Assembly (NCBI RefSeq): GCF_006345805.1
Contig: NC_043000.1
Span: 128,960,001-129,024,000, forward strand
From: Octopus sinensis
Lineage: Eukaryota
DNA: 64,000 nucleotides
Reading direction: 5' to 3'
Shown: in pieces, positions 49,290 through 63,099 of the stretch
How positions within the stretch are numbered: position 1 is the stretch's first letter
How the letters are laid out: every line of letters starts with the position of its first letter
Notes under the pieces: generated by a model
What the model saw: the letters and a program-made list of their open reading frames with translations, nothing else
The model's database searches: none
What the model was told of the DNA's origin: nothing
Made by a program: the position numbers and the translations under genes

Positions 49290-51182
49290 ATGAATATAAA
49301 AACGAATTTTTGGAGTTGGGTTTTACATATTACTATCGTATTACTATCATGTAAAGGTCAAGCCACAGTATGTGATTGGTTGTCAAGTATTAAATATCGA
49401 ATCGTTGGAACGGAAGCTAAAACGGCATTTGAAGACGAAAAATTTTTTAAAAAATTTATAGTAAAAGAAAAGTTTGCATTTGAAAGAAGAAATAAAAAGC
49501 AAAAGGTAAAACAATATCCATTGGGTGGTTTGAACAGTAGTAATATATTTCATTGGCCAAACAGAAAAACAAACTAAAAACCTACATTTGTATAATACTA
49601 TTTTTTTTAGTAGATAGAAAAATCAAAGCGTTTAATGCAGCTAGAGAAGACCAAGAACTTTTAATTTGGTTTATATTACATTTAGAAATAATTTTACTAA
49701 GAAGCTGCAATATAGTCTGTTGTTGTATTGCTGATATTTCGAGAAATCTTAAAGAGCAACAGATTTCTGTAATAAAAACAAGTGGAGTTTTTAGTATTCA
49801 GCAAGATTAGTCGATTGTTCAGCATAAATAGGTTCAACTGATAGTTTATGTGTGAAACCACGATGAAAAAGAAAAAAAGAATGAAAGAGTAGAGAGAGAG
49901 AGATATTATGCTAGATTGTTTAGGTGTATGTAGGCACAGCTGGTGCACCTGAAATGCTCATCAAGAGTCGTGCAGAGAAGTGAATGAAATTGAGTTTCAT
50001 ATTAAAGTTTACCACTTTATTTTTTACATAGAGAAAATCCTGCTTCAAAAAGTTTATCTTTGTAACTGTGTGCTGATAATGAATGGCAGCGTTCAGATTA
50101 TAAACATTTTTATAAAGTCAAAAATCTTTCAATATCAGAATTATGAACGTTTTCTACATTGCTCAGACATCAGATGGTTTTCTTACGGAAAAGTTTTGTT
50201 GTGAGTTTGTCGCTCGAAGTGAAGTAGAAATGTTTCTTTTTATCTCAAAGAAAAAAAAATATCATTTCTCTTGAATATGTTCTGATACCAAGTGGGTAGT
50301 TCGGCTAGCATGTCATTCTAGTTTTTTTTCTGAATTAGATGATTTAAATATCCTTTTACAAAGCTGTGATCAAACAGTTATTGGTTTAATAGGGAAGATA
50401 AATGCTCCTAAAGAAAAGCTGAAGCTGAAGTTTTGTATCTTTATTTCAATAGAAAATGCTAGGAAATACAACCGTGTGCTACTGCCATTTGTGAAGGCGC
50501 ATGGCCCAGTGGTTAGAGCGTCGAGCTTACGATCGTGAGGTTGTGAGTTCGATTCCCGGACCGGGCTGCGTGTTGTGTTCTTGAGCAAGATACTTTATTT
50601 CACGTTGCTCCAGTTAACTCAGCTGCAGAAATGAGTTGCGACATCACTGGTGTCAAGCTGTATCGGCCTTTGCCTTTTCCCTTGGATAACATCAGTGGTG
50701 TGGAGAGGGAAGGCTGGTATGCATGGGTGACTGCTGGCCTTCCATAAACAACCTTGCCCGGACTTGTACCTCGGAGGGTAACTTTCTAGGTGCAATCCCA
50801 TGGTCATTCATGACCGAAGGGGGTCTCCCATGCTACTGCCATTTAGTCATGACATTAACGATTTGCATGGGGTTCTTCTAACATTAATGAATTTCAAGAA
50901 CAATTTATTGAAGTTCAAAATGATGTGATAGTTATAATTTCAATAAAAATCCTCTAATTCATCTTTGCATTCTACTGGAGTATAGAAAAAAAAAACTTAT
51001 TTGTAGGAAATGAAGCTTTGAAGAAACATTCTTCCCTTTACTTTAATCTATCAGTGAAAATCGAGGCTTTCAGTACTAAGAAATTAAATCGTAGCTGAGG
51101 GATAGATTGCAACCTGAGGATAAAATCAAGCCTGGATAAACCTTCTAAGCTTGTCAAAAGTCATGATTCTCATTAAACTGCA
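49290..51182 (+). mobile_element. Decayed hAT transposase of the Charlie/Buster group
   Basis: Collinear motifs: IADISRNLKEQ..IKTSGVFSIQQD (consensus FSIQLDES), VGTAGAPEML (CTDGAPAM), DIRWFSYGKVL (VRWLSRGKVL), EQFIEVQND, ILPF and a terminal SH*. Confidence 0.88.
50491..50830 (+). mobile_element. tRNA-derived SINE (family C head, different tail) inserted in the Buster relic
   Basis: Exact 14-bp TSD TGCTACTGCCATTT at 50477-50490 and 50831-50844; A and B boxes present. Confidence 0.93.
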
Positions 51183-52361
51183 TAAATGTGCATATAGTTT
51201 CATTATAAAGAAAGTAAAGAGTTTTGGAACTTATATGGCGGGAGTGTACAGAGCATGAGTAGTGAACGTAACTTGCTAAGTTATGAACACGGCTATTTAC
51301 TAATTAGATCTCGACGTAAAACTATCTTTGTAAAACGTTCCAAAATTCCGCCGTGTCTTCGCAATGGGGAACATAATTTTAAAGCAAAAATTGAAGCTAT
51401 TAAATGGTGCAGTGATAGGCCATACAACTATTATTGAAGTACACAAGACTTCAATAATTTTTGTGACGTTAATCAACATCTATTTTCATATAATAAATAG
51501 TCTCGAAAAATAAATTTAGGAAATCACCATAATTGTAAAGTTAATTAACTATTCTCAGTTGCAGATTCAGTTTTGATGCAATAAAATTCATTTTCAGTGT
51601 TTGATAAGGTTACGGAGAAAATCGGGCGAAATTATTCGCCATTTTCCTATTTTATAGTACGAAATCAGCATTTCATTGTTAATTAAATATTAAATCACTT
51701 CACTTTATTTACTTTTATATTAAATATACTAGAAAAAGAAAAAAATACGGTGAATAGAATGAATTCAATTCATTAGTTTTATCATGAAATGAGTTTTGGT
51801 TGCCATCTTAAAATCATGACCTACTTTCAGCCATTATTCGAAACGGTTAAGAATTTCTGCTCCACACAGGAAATAGCAACCAAGCTTCTCTCAGATTATG
51901 CCTTACTCTATTGAAAAAGAAAAGTCATTGAATAGTTATAGTCCAAGGCACATTGTATATGAAATAAAAAGACGGAACGGCCACAGCTGTAATATAACCT
52001 GAGGTGATAGCTCTGCTTCAGTAGGGTTGTCTGAACTACAACAACACTAATTGACAGTATAAGTCTGCTCAAACAGAGCTGACATAAGGGATTCAATGTA
52101 AACATAATGATGTATACAATTATGATCTTTCAGACCAATAGTCTTAAGTTTAGATGTGAATGCCTTTTTTTTTTAATGTTTATATCTACGCTAAGGCGGC
52201 GACTTACCCCTACCCCGTAATTGTTGGCCCTGCGACAAAATTGGGTGAATTTCGAAAATCCGAAATTCTTAACAGTTCTGGTTTAAAAGCTAAATCAAAA
52301 GGATTTGCAACCATTGAAACAAAAGCAAAGTTTACCTATATGACACTATCAATAAATATTG

Positions 52362-53167
52362 ATTTCAAATTTTGGCACACGACCAGCAATTTCGGGGGAG
52401 GGAGATAAGTCAATTACGTCTACCCCAGTGTCTAACTGGTACTTATTTTATCGAACCCGAAATGGATGAAAGGCAAAGTCGGCCTCGGTGGAATTTGAAC
52501 TCAGAACATGAAGATGGACGAAATGCCGCAAAACATTTTGCCCGGCGTGCTAATGATTCTGCCAACTCGCCGCCTTACTATAAATAAAATATTCTTTTCT
52601 AATCTAGGCACAAGGCCTGAAATTTTGGAGGAGGGGGCCAGTCGATTAGATTCACTCCAGTACGCAACTGGTACTTAATTTATCGACCCCCGAAAAGATG
52701 AAAGGCAAAGTCGACCTCGGCGGCACTTAAACTCAGAATGTAAAGACAGACGAAATGCCGCAAAGCATTTTGCCCGGCATGCTAATGATTCTGACAGCTT
52801 GCCGCCTTACTATCAATAAAATATTGCTACTCAAATGAGAACTGGTTATCTACAGTGTGTACTGAGAAATAATTGATATTTATATGGAAAGCCATCCAGT
52901 TTGGCTAAGTCAGAATACCTGCACAAATACAACCGTCGTTATATCTACTGAGCAGTAGATGAATATTGGTTTCAAGTTTTGGCACAGGGCCAAAAATTCC
53001 AAAGGAAGGGTAAATCAATTTAATCGACCTCAGTGCTCAACTGGTACTTAAATTATCGACCCCAAATGGATGAAAGACAAAGGAATTCGAACTCAGAACG
53101 TAAAGAGGAATGAAATGCCGCTAAGCATTTTGCCGGCGTGCTAACGAGTCTGCCTGCTCGCCGCCTT
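52362..53167 (-). mobile_element. Three SINE family A monomers
   Basis: Copies at ~52362-52577, 52592-52810 and 52970-53167; the first two are followed by the same CCTTACTAT(A/C)AATAAAATATT flank. Confidence 0.88.
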
Positions 53168-53864
53168 TTGGTAGGTAAATATTGCCAAACTTAAATAGGT
53201 AACAAACAAGTTAGGACAATCCAATGAGGTGATGAAGCTTTTTATGCTTTCTACATCTGCTGGAAATAGCAACAAAATAAATCTACTCTAAATCACACTC
53301 TATTTTATCTTTTTTTTTTTGTGCCATTCTTTGAACTGTGGTCATGCTAGAACACTGCCTTAAAGGGTTTAGTTGAGAAAATAGACCCAAATAGCTTTTA
53401 AAGTCTTGTACTAATTCTATTTTTCTCTTTTGCCGAACCGCTAAATACGGGGACATAAACAAACAAACACTTGTTATCAAGCAGTGGTGGGAGGCCAAAA
53501 CACACACACATACGCACACACGCATATATATTTGTGTGGGTGGGGAGTGACACCAAATATGAGAGGGCTAAATATCGATTTAAGATCTGATCTGGTCGTA
53601 CATATCTACATTTTCAAGTGTCCACCTCTACGGACTTAGACGCAACTGTATGACGGATGAGTTCACTCCGTGGACGGCTAACGGAAGCGCCCTCACTGCA
53701 AGTCAGTATTTCCTTTGAGGTTCATCAGGTCTAACCATCAAGTTAAACACGGCAACAATAAATTCGAACGGACAACAGATAGCATGATCATTCACTGAAC
53801 ACTGCCCCTGAAACTAATCAAGTCACAAAAATCTAAACTAGTGATCCTAAACTGGGATCTATAT

Positions 53865-54078
53865 AACTCTTAGGGATCCATATAAGATTTTGTTGTTAAA
53901 GTTTATGAGCAATAAGTTATATTTCTACAATACGCAAAATATCTTATCAATTTCTGTGCAATCCCAAATAATATCTAATTATACAAACAGAATAAGATTA
54001 TTTTCAACATGGGGGTCCGTCAGAATAAAATTTGAATCAAAGGAGTCCATAGAGGGAAAATGGTTGAGAACCGCTGCT
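53865..54078 (-). mobile_element. Partial hAT MITE related to 54813-55571
   Basis: AATGGTTGAGAACCGCTG terminus and internal similarity in reverse orientation. Confidence 0.55.
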
Positions 54079-54214
54079 TTAAACAAACTAACACATAAAT
54101 TGATACAAACCACCAAATCATTACCGGTTTTAGACATTACTTGGGAAAATATTCTTTTCTACTCTAGGCACAAGGTTTCTGTCAGCTCGCTGCCTTTAAT
54201 AAGTATTATAATAA

Positions 54215-54613
54215 TCTTTCCTACTCTAGGCACAAGGCCCGAAATTTTGGGGGAGAGGGCCAATCAAATAGATGGATCCCAGTACGCAACTGGTACTTAA
54301 TTTATCGACCTCGAAAGCATAAATAGCAAAGTCAACCTCGGCGGAATTTGAACTTCGAAAGTAAAGAAAGACGAAATACCTATTTCTTTACTATCCACAA
54401 GAGGCTAAACACAGAGAGGACAAACAATGACAGACAAACGGATTAAGTCGATTATATCGATCCCAGTGCGTAACTGGTACTTATTTAATCGACCCCGAAA
54501 GGATGAAAGACAAAGTCGACCTCGGCAGAATTTGAACTCAGAACGTAGCGGCAGACGAAAAACCGTTTAGCATTTCGCCCGGCGTGCTAACGTTTATGCC
54601 AGCTCGCCGCCTT
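54215..54613 (-). mobile_element. SINE family A dimer
   Basis: Junction GACGAAATAC|CTATTTCTTTACTA at ~54370-54395. Confidence 0.9.
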
Positions 54614-54812
54614 ATTTCTTGGGAAAATATTGAGAAATAATGAAAATATAAAGACTTAGAAACGAAAGTAAAAGTTTATGCGAAGGCTGATGGTAGCAAT
54701 TAACCCCTTAATAAGAGAAGCTTTAGGAATGAAAGAAACTAGAAAAGTTACTGAACGTTGGTAGAACCATCAATTAACCAGTCCCTTAAAATTTAATCAT
54801 CTTCATCTACAC

Positions 54813-55571
54813 CAGTGGTTCCCAACCATTCTTTACCTATGGATCCTTGTGATTACTATTTTATTCTGGTGGTCTCCCACAGCCATTCTATGTTTAAAAA
54901 CTAGTTTTACAAATTGCTATTTTGTTTTTCACATATTAACCTGTGTAGGTTGAACTATGTAAAATGTTAGAGAAAGAAACCCAGCTGTTTCTTACATAAC
55001 CAATAAATACATCTAAAGCAAAAGGATTTTAGGAGCTCTTAGAATATAGGCGTAGGAGTGGCTGTGTGGTAAGTAGCTTGCTTACGAACCACATGGTTCC
55101 AGGTTCCACTGGGCAAGTGTCTTCTACTATAGTCTCGGGTCGACCAAAGCTTTGTGAGTAGATTTGGTAGACGGAAACTGAAAGAAAACCGTTGTATATA
55201 TGTATGTATATATATATATATGATTGTGTGTGTGTGTCTGTGTGTGTGTGTGTGTATGTCTGCGTTTGTCCCCCAGCATCGCTTGACAACGGATGCTGGG
55301 GTATTTACGTCCCCTTAACTTAGCGGTTCGGCAAAAGACCCCGATAGAATAAGTACTAGGCTTACAATGAATAAGTCCTGGGGTCGATTTGCTCGACTAA
55401 AGGCAGTGCTCCAGCATGGCCACAGTCAAATGACTGAAACAAGTAAAAGAATAAAAGAAAAAGAGTATATCGTGGATCTCCAATTTACTGTTTTGTTGTC
55501 TGACCCCTCCTCCACACTAAAATCTTATATGGACCCTGAGGGGCCATATGAACCCCTGTTCATAAGCACTG
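54813..55571. mobile_element. hAT MITE containing a SINE B insertion
   Basis: TIRs CAGTGGTTCCCAAC and GTTCATAAGCACTG; exact 8-bp TSD ATCTACAC at 54805-54812 and 55572-55579. Confidence 0.9.
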
Positions 55572-55712
55572 ATCTACACAATGAACATCACCATTAAGAA
55601 AACAAGGAGAAGAATAACCATGTTTAGTTTTTTTTTTTTAATGCACTCTTATTAATATGTCAATCAGTCTGCTTATCTTTCAGTATGTCAATCTGTCTTC
55701 CTCCTTTCAGTC

Positions 55713-55744
<32 letters not shown>

Positions 55745-56879
55745 AATGTATCTCTTCACTTGGGCGACTACTGCCTAGTTATTTATTTACCCGGATATGT
55801 GTATATCTACTTGTCTATCTATATGCCTGTCTACCGATTTAATTGTTTGCCCGGATGTAGCTGTATCTTTTCATATATTTCCGCGAAAGTGTACTTATTT
55901 CTACGTTTTTCTGCACGTATATCTGCATATGTTTATCTCCAAGTACACGTACATACACGCACTCATAATAGAAGAGGTACCCTGCATCGCTTGGGTGCCG
56001 ATTATTTAGAAACTTTTATTTTTGTTAAACGGCTTTTATACATAATTATTGTTGAAAGTATTTTTACTTTAATGCAGATACATGTCTAAAGTTTCCGATT
56101 TTCTATACGTGCAGTTTTAAAGGCTGTGTTTATCGGTTGTTTTAATTTTGGGAGAGAAAAAGATGCTATCTGTATTTGTTATTCTTAATTCATTGCAACA
56201 TTTGAAACAGAAATATGTTTTATTAAGCAAGAGCTCTGGAGTAGACAACATTTCTTATTCTGTGGTTTAGTGCTCTGCTGAAAAGTGGCCTGGTTGACCA
56301 AACATATGAGCATGATTTCTACAACTAACCATGAGAGAAACATAGACCCGTTTGTTCCTCTCTGGCAATCTTAGAGGCTGTTTTTGTGGCATGTTGAATG
56401 GTTGTAGATGTAAAAAGGAATGAAAACTGAAGACGCTTTACTTGGAAAAAATATCGGATGTGATGCAGAAATATGTAAAATGAAAACAGCTTTTCCTTTG
56501 GCACAACTAATCATAATGGTGGCTTCGACCGCTGAGGTATAAGAGTCTTAGTTGTTACTTTTGTAAATGTCAGTGTTTTTGGTGGTAGTGTTTCATGTAA
56601 AAAAAAATAGAGAAAAAATAATGATTAAGAAAAAACAATAGAAAAATAGAACGATTATAAATAGTGTGTATAAAACGTTCAAATGGTACTGCATGGGAAT
56701 GGGGCCCATGCAGCCATTTCATTTCTTCATTTTTATATAACATTTCATTCTCATTCGTTTTATGTCCCCCTCTGTGTTGTGGCCGTGGCGTTAAATAAAG
56801 AAATTAGAGTTTTTGGTGGTCATATTGCTCCAGTTGTTGCGTATCAAAGACGGTTGCCTAAGGAATCTCTTGACTGAGA

Positions 56880-57320
56880 GATAGAGCTTTAGTAAATATT
56901 AGTACTCTGTTCAAGATCCTTAACAGCCACGGACTGTACAATATTTCCAATGGGGAACAGTTCTTGATTGTACAATCATAGTATTGATGTTTTTGCACAT
57001 GTACTTAATTCTGTCAAGCTGTTCTTGTTGATTATGCCAAAATAGACTGAAGGCTGGACGGCGAACAGGCACAGAAAATGATAGCAAAGTGGTTCTTCAT
57101 CTTACTTAGAATATGCTGGACTGCAACAACTTCTAGGGTATTGCTCATTATTTTCTAAAAGAAATCTTCTGTGGAAAGCTTTGCGGGATGTTACACAAAC
57201 AATCAAACAACTGTCTTGAGGTTGATCCAATGAAGTTAGACCATGAATATTGTGCAGCAGTTTTAAATATTTTATTAACATTCCTCGTTTAAAAAGCAGT
57301 TTCAAATGCCATAAAAGATT
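56880..57320 (+). mobile_element. Decayed Ac/hobo-type hAT transposase, middle part
   Basis: With small frameshifts reads RCFAHVLN..VQAVL, matching the hAT CxxH motif region (RCFAHxLNL). Confidence 0.55.
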
Positions 57321-58502
57321 TAAAGTAATTTATTCTTTGATTGTTTCACATTTAAATACAAATATATTAACAAGCATATATTGATATCAAAGTGCTCTAC
57401 CATTATTTATAACAATATCGGAAGACAATTAGATTTCCTATAAAATATATAAAGACAATGCAGCAAGCTGGCAGAATCGTCAGCACGCCAGGCAAAATGC
57501 TTAGCGACATTTCGTCTGCCGTTACGTTCTGAGTTCAAATTCCGCCGAGGTCGACTTTGCCTTTCATCCTTTCGGGGTCGATAAAACAAGTATCAGTTGA
57601 ACACTGGGGTCGATGTAATCGATTTACCCACTCCCTGAAAGTGCTTGCCTTGTGCCAAAAATTTGAAACCAATATGTAAAGAACGTACACTGAAAGCAGT
57701 TGTTATTAGGATTCTTCATTAAAAAAAAAAAATCACACCTTCAGTAGGTTAGCGGTTTCAAATATCGTGGAAGCTGCAACAATTTTTCCTTTCACTTGTT
57801 TCATGTTTAGATATGTCTACAGTTCTAAAATATTCAGATATGCTTGTGCTCCGTGAATCGGCTCCTTAATTGTTATAAATTTTTGAATACATTCATACAT
57901 TATAAAAATTATCTGTCCAAGAAACATATTTAAATATAAAAACATTGAAAGAATAAATAATTTTTATATCTCGAGTTATTTGAACCCATGTACTAACTTT
58001 TCAAAATACAACTTTTAAATATGCAAGATTTAATGACGACAGCAGGAGAAACAAATACTCTTTCTCTTCCTATCTCACCGTGTATATACATATGTGTGTG
58101 TGTGAAGGGGAGAGAGAGATAAACGAAAGACTGAAGGTAAAAGAAAACTAGAGTTCGACTCGACCATGTGACGATATTTCTCTACCTACTCTAACATCCC
58201 TACACCAATTCATTTCCTTGACACATTCTTGTTTTATTCCCAAAAGAGACCTCGAATATGGGGAATTACTTACTATTCGTGAATTATTCTTTGTTGCTTC
58301 TGACTCCTAGCAAAACTTGACGCAAATTTATTTCAACACAAAAAGACAAACATCGACGCGTTTGGATATAAATGAATGCTTACATGGATTAATACCAATT
58401 TACCAGTCTCGTATGTATATCTATATAATTGTTTAACTGTCTGTGTATCTCTGTGTTTGTTTATTCGCATCTGTTTATCAATATGCCTCTTTTAAATGCA
58501 TA

Positions 58503-58539
<37 letters not shown>

Positions 58540-58571
58540 TGTATGTGTTCACCTACATCGCATATTTAAAT

Positions 58572-59060
58572 ATACAAGGATTGGACAAAATAATGGAACC
58601 CCCTTAAAATTTCAAACAAATTTATTTTAATATGGTGTAGGACCGCCTTTGGCAGTAATTACACCTTGAATTCTACGAGGTATGGACTCGTACAAAGTTT
58701 GAATTGTTTCCAAAGGAATTTTTGTCCATTCTTCAGCTAAAACAGTCTCCAGTTCTTGTAGTGATGATGTTGGAGGATATCGACACCTTACTTGTTTTTT
58801 CTAAAATGCGCCATACATGTTCAATAATATTGATATCTGGGGACTGTAGTGGCCAGAAAGATGTTCAACTTCACTAGAATGTTCTCGTACCACTCAGTGA
58901 CACTTTAGCTGTGTGAATTGGTGCATTATCATCCTGAAAGATTGTGTTTCCCTCTGGAAATAGTTCTGCAGCCATAGGATGAATTTGATCAGATAAAATG
59001 CTTAAATAGACTTGACTATTAATTCTGCTATGAAGGGAAACCATTGGGTCGGCGAATTTC
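58572..59060 (-). mobile_element. Tc1 transposase C-terminal fragment with TIR
   Basis: INSQVYLSIL, IFQDDNAPIHTAK and SPDINIIEHVW; TIR-like TACAAGGATTGGACAAAATAATGGAAC at ~58572. Confidence 0.9.
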
Positions 59061-59725
59061 GAAGATGTAGCCCCCACCCTCCAGATTACAGGTGGATGGA
59101 CAGTAGTATTATTTCAATATTTCAATATTAGGATCCTTTCTTCAGAAAATTTACATAGAAAAAATGTCAATAGCCGATTTCTCTGCTATGCAAACTTTTC
59201 TCCGTAAATTTCCTGAGGGGGTCTCAACCTTAAAATATTGAATATTAGCTAAGAATACAAACTACCGACATGTATTATTAATATTTATAACTTACATTGT
59301 TTTGGTTAAAAAGAAAAATATTTAAAACACCACATAAATCATGAAAATAATATATATATTATTACATGCGCGAGCGTGTGAATATCTGTATATCAGTTTA
59401 CCTGCATTTGTGACTATTTAAATATCTATTTACCTGCTTCTACATCTTTTATCTTTTTACCTGTATATGCCTATATCTTTGTCTGCTTATCTGAATAGGT
59501 ATCCATCTATTTTTTCTCATTATCTGCATCAAGCTATTTATCTGTTTTCCTGGATGTGTACACATCTATATTTTTCATTTACTTAGATGTGTTTATCTCG
59601 ATAGATTCACTTGCATGTGTATTTATCCGTTTATATGTTGACTTGGATGTGTATTTGTTTAAATCTTTGTTTACCTGGATGTATATCATATATGTTTACC
59701 TACTTTGATATCTCTGCATATCTGT

Positions 59726-59769
<44 letters not shown>

Positions 59770-59889
59770 CTGTGTTTATTTATCCTCCTGTGCATATTCC
59801 ACTTTATCTTTGTAACTGGATATTTATACGAGTATTCTTCCCTAAGTAATGTAAAACTGAGCCTATTTTTATTTTATTAACTGTTATAG

Positions 59890-60340
59890 GTCATCCAAAT
59901 TGTACATGTTCGTAACCCTTCTTCTTTACAAAAATATTATTCATTATAGCCTCCATCAGAAGCAATACATTTACGGCATCATTGAATCCAACTCCTTTAT
60001 CCCTCTTTAAAATTGAGGTGAGCACTCTGGTACTCACTTCTTCAAAGCCACTTTTGTCTCGTAGCATCATGAAATCATTATTTTCGAAGACTCCTTCATT
60101 AATCCGAACTTGCAGAAATCGGAGGGCATCAGATACGGGTTGTAAGGTGGATGAGAGACTACTGATTAAACCCAATTGTTCGATTGCCTGATTTCCTGCC
60201 AAGGATGTGTTGCGCATTGTTATGGTGAATGTGAATCATTTTCCGATTCTTGTTCGGTCTTTCTCCTAATGGTTTCAGTAAGCTTTTTAAATGACTAAAT
60301 GCACCGCTTGCTGTTCACCGTACAACCGTATTCCAGCAAA
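59890..60340 (+). mobile_element. Decayed hAT transposase C-terminal (dimerisation-domain) part
   Basis: FFKAT..VS, then DVL...W..VNVNHFPILVR, resembling DVLxWWxxNxxxFPIL; multiple stops and frameshifts. Confidence 0.5.
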
Positions 60341-60369
60341 TCAAGGATAATAATACAAAATAATAATAA

Positions 60370-61119
60370 ATCTCAGTCACTATGACATTCTGTGCCGATC
60401 GCTGGCTTTTGGATCTCTTAACCTTCAGAGAAGCAACGCGATGCTATTCTGTGGATGAAGCCTTCGTTTCTAGATCATAAAAATACAGCCACATTTCATC
60501 CCTTGTCACTAGATCGAAAAATACTGTCTCCATTGGCTTTAAACGCTTCCAACAGATCGGAACAGACTTCAGTCCTTTCTTTCAAATCGGTTGTCAACTG
60601 CTGATGTTCCCGCAGTGCTCACACCCTCTGGTACCAAGTCTTTCATTATCTTATGTAATGCATGGTGAATACAATCCAGTTGTGCAAAATGCAAACGGAT
60701 TGTAACTCGTCTGTCTGCGCAAATCAATTTATCCATTCATTAGCAATTTGTGTCAGTGATTGCAGCTGATATTCTTTCATTGCGTAGTTTGTTCTTAATG
60801 CAGAGTTTCCACTCCACCTTAAAAAAACAAAAACAAAAACAAAAAAAACACTTCAATCATGGCTTTTGTCAATCGTGTCTTGTTTGTAAACGACGAAAAG
60901 TCGAGCAAGCTGTCCGACAACTCCAGATGTCGGACAGTCTGCACACCCCTTTCGTGAATAACTCGATACGGCACGTTATTTCTCATTATTTGTCTACAAT
61001 AGAGATCAAGGAAAGTTACTATAGAGGAAGAGTTACTGTACCAGCATGTGCAATTTGAACGAATTATGTCAATTAACAAAAAAAATGCTCTCGTTTAATT
61101 TCAGTACTACCATTGAATA
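60370..61119 (-). mobile_element. Decayed mariner, 5' part
   Basis: LICADRRVTIR and VTRDEMWLYFYDLETK (consensus VTGDETWxYxYDPETK); TIR-like sequence near 61100. Confidence 0.85.
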
Positions 61120-61603
61120 TCTATCTTTATATTTGTAAATATTTATGTGTATGCATGCGCGCATGTATGTATGTATGTATGTAAAATATATATGTATGAC
61201 CAACTAGCTATCCACCTAAGTATCTATCTACCTCTCTATCAACCTTCCCACCTACCTGCTTAACTACGCACCCTACAACCTGCCTACTTACCTGTCTATC
61301 TACTTATTTACCTACCTACCTGTTAACCAATTTACCAATATATCTACCAGTATGTCTATCTACCTCTCTATAGATCTATTTCTTTCTCCTCTCTCTCACT
61401 CTCTCTCCTTGTGTCATTTGCGTCTCTGAAAAAGATAGATAAATAAGTAATAAAAGAACAAAAATCATGGATCTGTAATGACACTGTCGTCTGTAGCCGT
61501 GCAAAGAAATGGATTATAAAGACCACGACTAGCGTCAGTGACACCATGACTGTCGCATTGCGAAATCACTTCACTTTCTCTCTCTCTTTCTTCCACACCC
61601 ATC

Positions 61604-61653
<50 letters not shown>

Positions 61654-62063
61654 TTCTGTCACTCTTTTTATCTTGTGCTCTCTGTCTTTCGCTCGCTCTC
61701 ATGTATTTTCTATCTCTCTCGTTCTAATTTCTCCATCCTCCCCAGTCCGTGACGTCAACAGCAAACTGTTAATATACAATGTAAAATGTTAGGTTTCATT
61801 CATGATTTTTGTTTCTTTTTGAAATGAAAATGTACACACACATACGTGCGCGCGCACACACACTCAGATATATTGAGTCGAGTCAATCTCTTGTTAAACG
61901 GATATATAATACACACACACACACACACCTATATTATTCACAAACTAATATACGTGTCTATATATATACACACATATTAAATGCATATAAATGTGTGTGT
62001 GTGTATATATATATATGTATATATATACACACACACAAACACACACAAATATTATATGTTTAG

Positions 62064-62450
62064 TCATACACAATAAATTCTGTGAACAATAGAATCCTGT
62101 GTTGTGCGTCCCTGAAGAGCCATTCGCTGGTACACTGTATTTCTGATGGCTATGAGTAACAAAGGACTGTTTGTGCAACTCGGACGGAACAAATATCTCG
62201 GGGTATGCTTGTTCGATGGACCGCTTTAAGGCAATTTTCTTGCCGTCGTGTCTATCTTTTGCCGTTATAACTGCGCCACCTCCCACCCGACCCCCACACA
62301 CACACACATAAAGAAAGGCTCAAACCCTGCACAAAAATGGTGGAACGTTCTTCTGATGAGGTAAGAATGCCGGGGGTGGTTCCTGCTAACGGCTTCCTAG
62401 TTTCGCTTTGCGTTTGAAGTTCAACATCGTTTATCGTTTACTTTAAAATC
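62064..62450 (+). mobile_element. Decayed piggyBac-type transposase, N-terminal core
   Basis: FAGTLYF.MAM, SMDRFKAIF (consensus MSRxRFxxI) and MPG..FLVSL..SFIVY (PG..DE.LV.F..R.SF.xY) with frameshifts. Confidence 0.55.
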
Positions 62451-63099
62451 TCAGGATGCTGCTTTGAGCAAATGTCTCCTACCAGAGCGTCAGGTTGACC
62501 CCGTCCACCGGAGTAGAAAATTGCTTGAAAGCCTATTGGAGGTATTGTCTGCAATCCGATGAGCCAGCTATGTCCCATCTAATCTGGGTTGCCCTCTCAG
62601 TTTTTTATACCCCCCCCCCCTTCATACACACACTCTTGTATTTTTCTTTTACATATTTGTAATTTGACTGCTGCCATGCTGGAGCACTACCTTAAGGGGT
62701 TTTAATCGAACAAATCGACCCCAAGTCATTTTTTGTACGCCCAGTACTTATTTTATCGGTCCCTTTTGCCGAACCGTTATATATATATATATAATGTCTC
62801 TGGAACACCGTTGGTTACGATGTCGATTGTTCCAGTTGATCCTTCCACGAAACAGCCTGCACGTGAAATTAATGTGCAAGTGGCTGAGCACTCCACTAAC
62901 ACGTGTATCCTTAACGTAATTCTCTCGAAGATTCAGTGAGACAAGGCTGGCCCTTTGAAATAAAAGTATTACACATTTTTGCCAGCTGAGTGGACTGGAG
63001 CAACGTGAAACAAAGCATCTTGCTCAAGGACACAACGCGTCACCGAGAATCGAACTCACGACCTTGCGATCGTGAGCATACACACACACACACACATTC

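Noticed and set aside
49290-50369. Apparent secreted protein (MNIKTNFWSWVLHITIVLLSCKG...) with candidate GT-AG exons at 49924/49934-49979, 50167-50200 and 50364, one reading giving an Ig-like C...IRWFSYGKVL
   Set aside because: The downstream pieces are collinear Buster-type hAT motifs (CTDGAPAM, RWLSRGKVL, FSIQLDES); the hydrophobic start is best explained as decayed TE sequence.
59891-60217. Protein-like 108-aa minus-strand ORF
   Set aside because: No recognisable domain; probably the antisense shadow of the hAT C-terminal relic.
62337-62541. Plus-strand two-exon start MVERSSDE|DAALSKCLL... with good ATG context
   Set aside because: The first exon and intron overlap piggyBac-like motifs, there are upstream ATGs, and no continuing exon was found.
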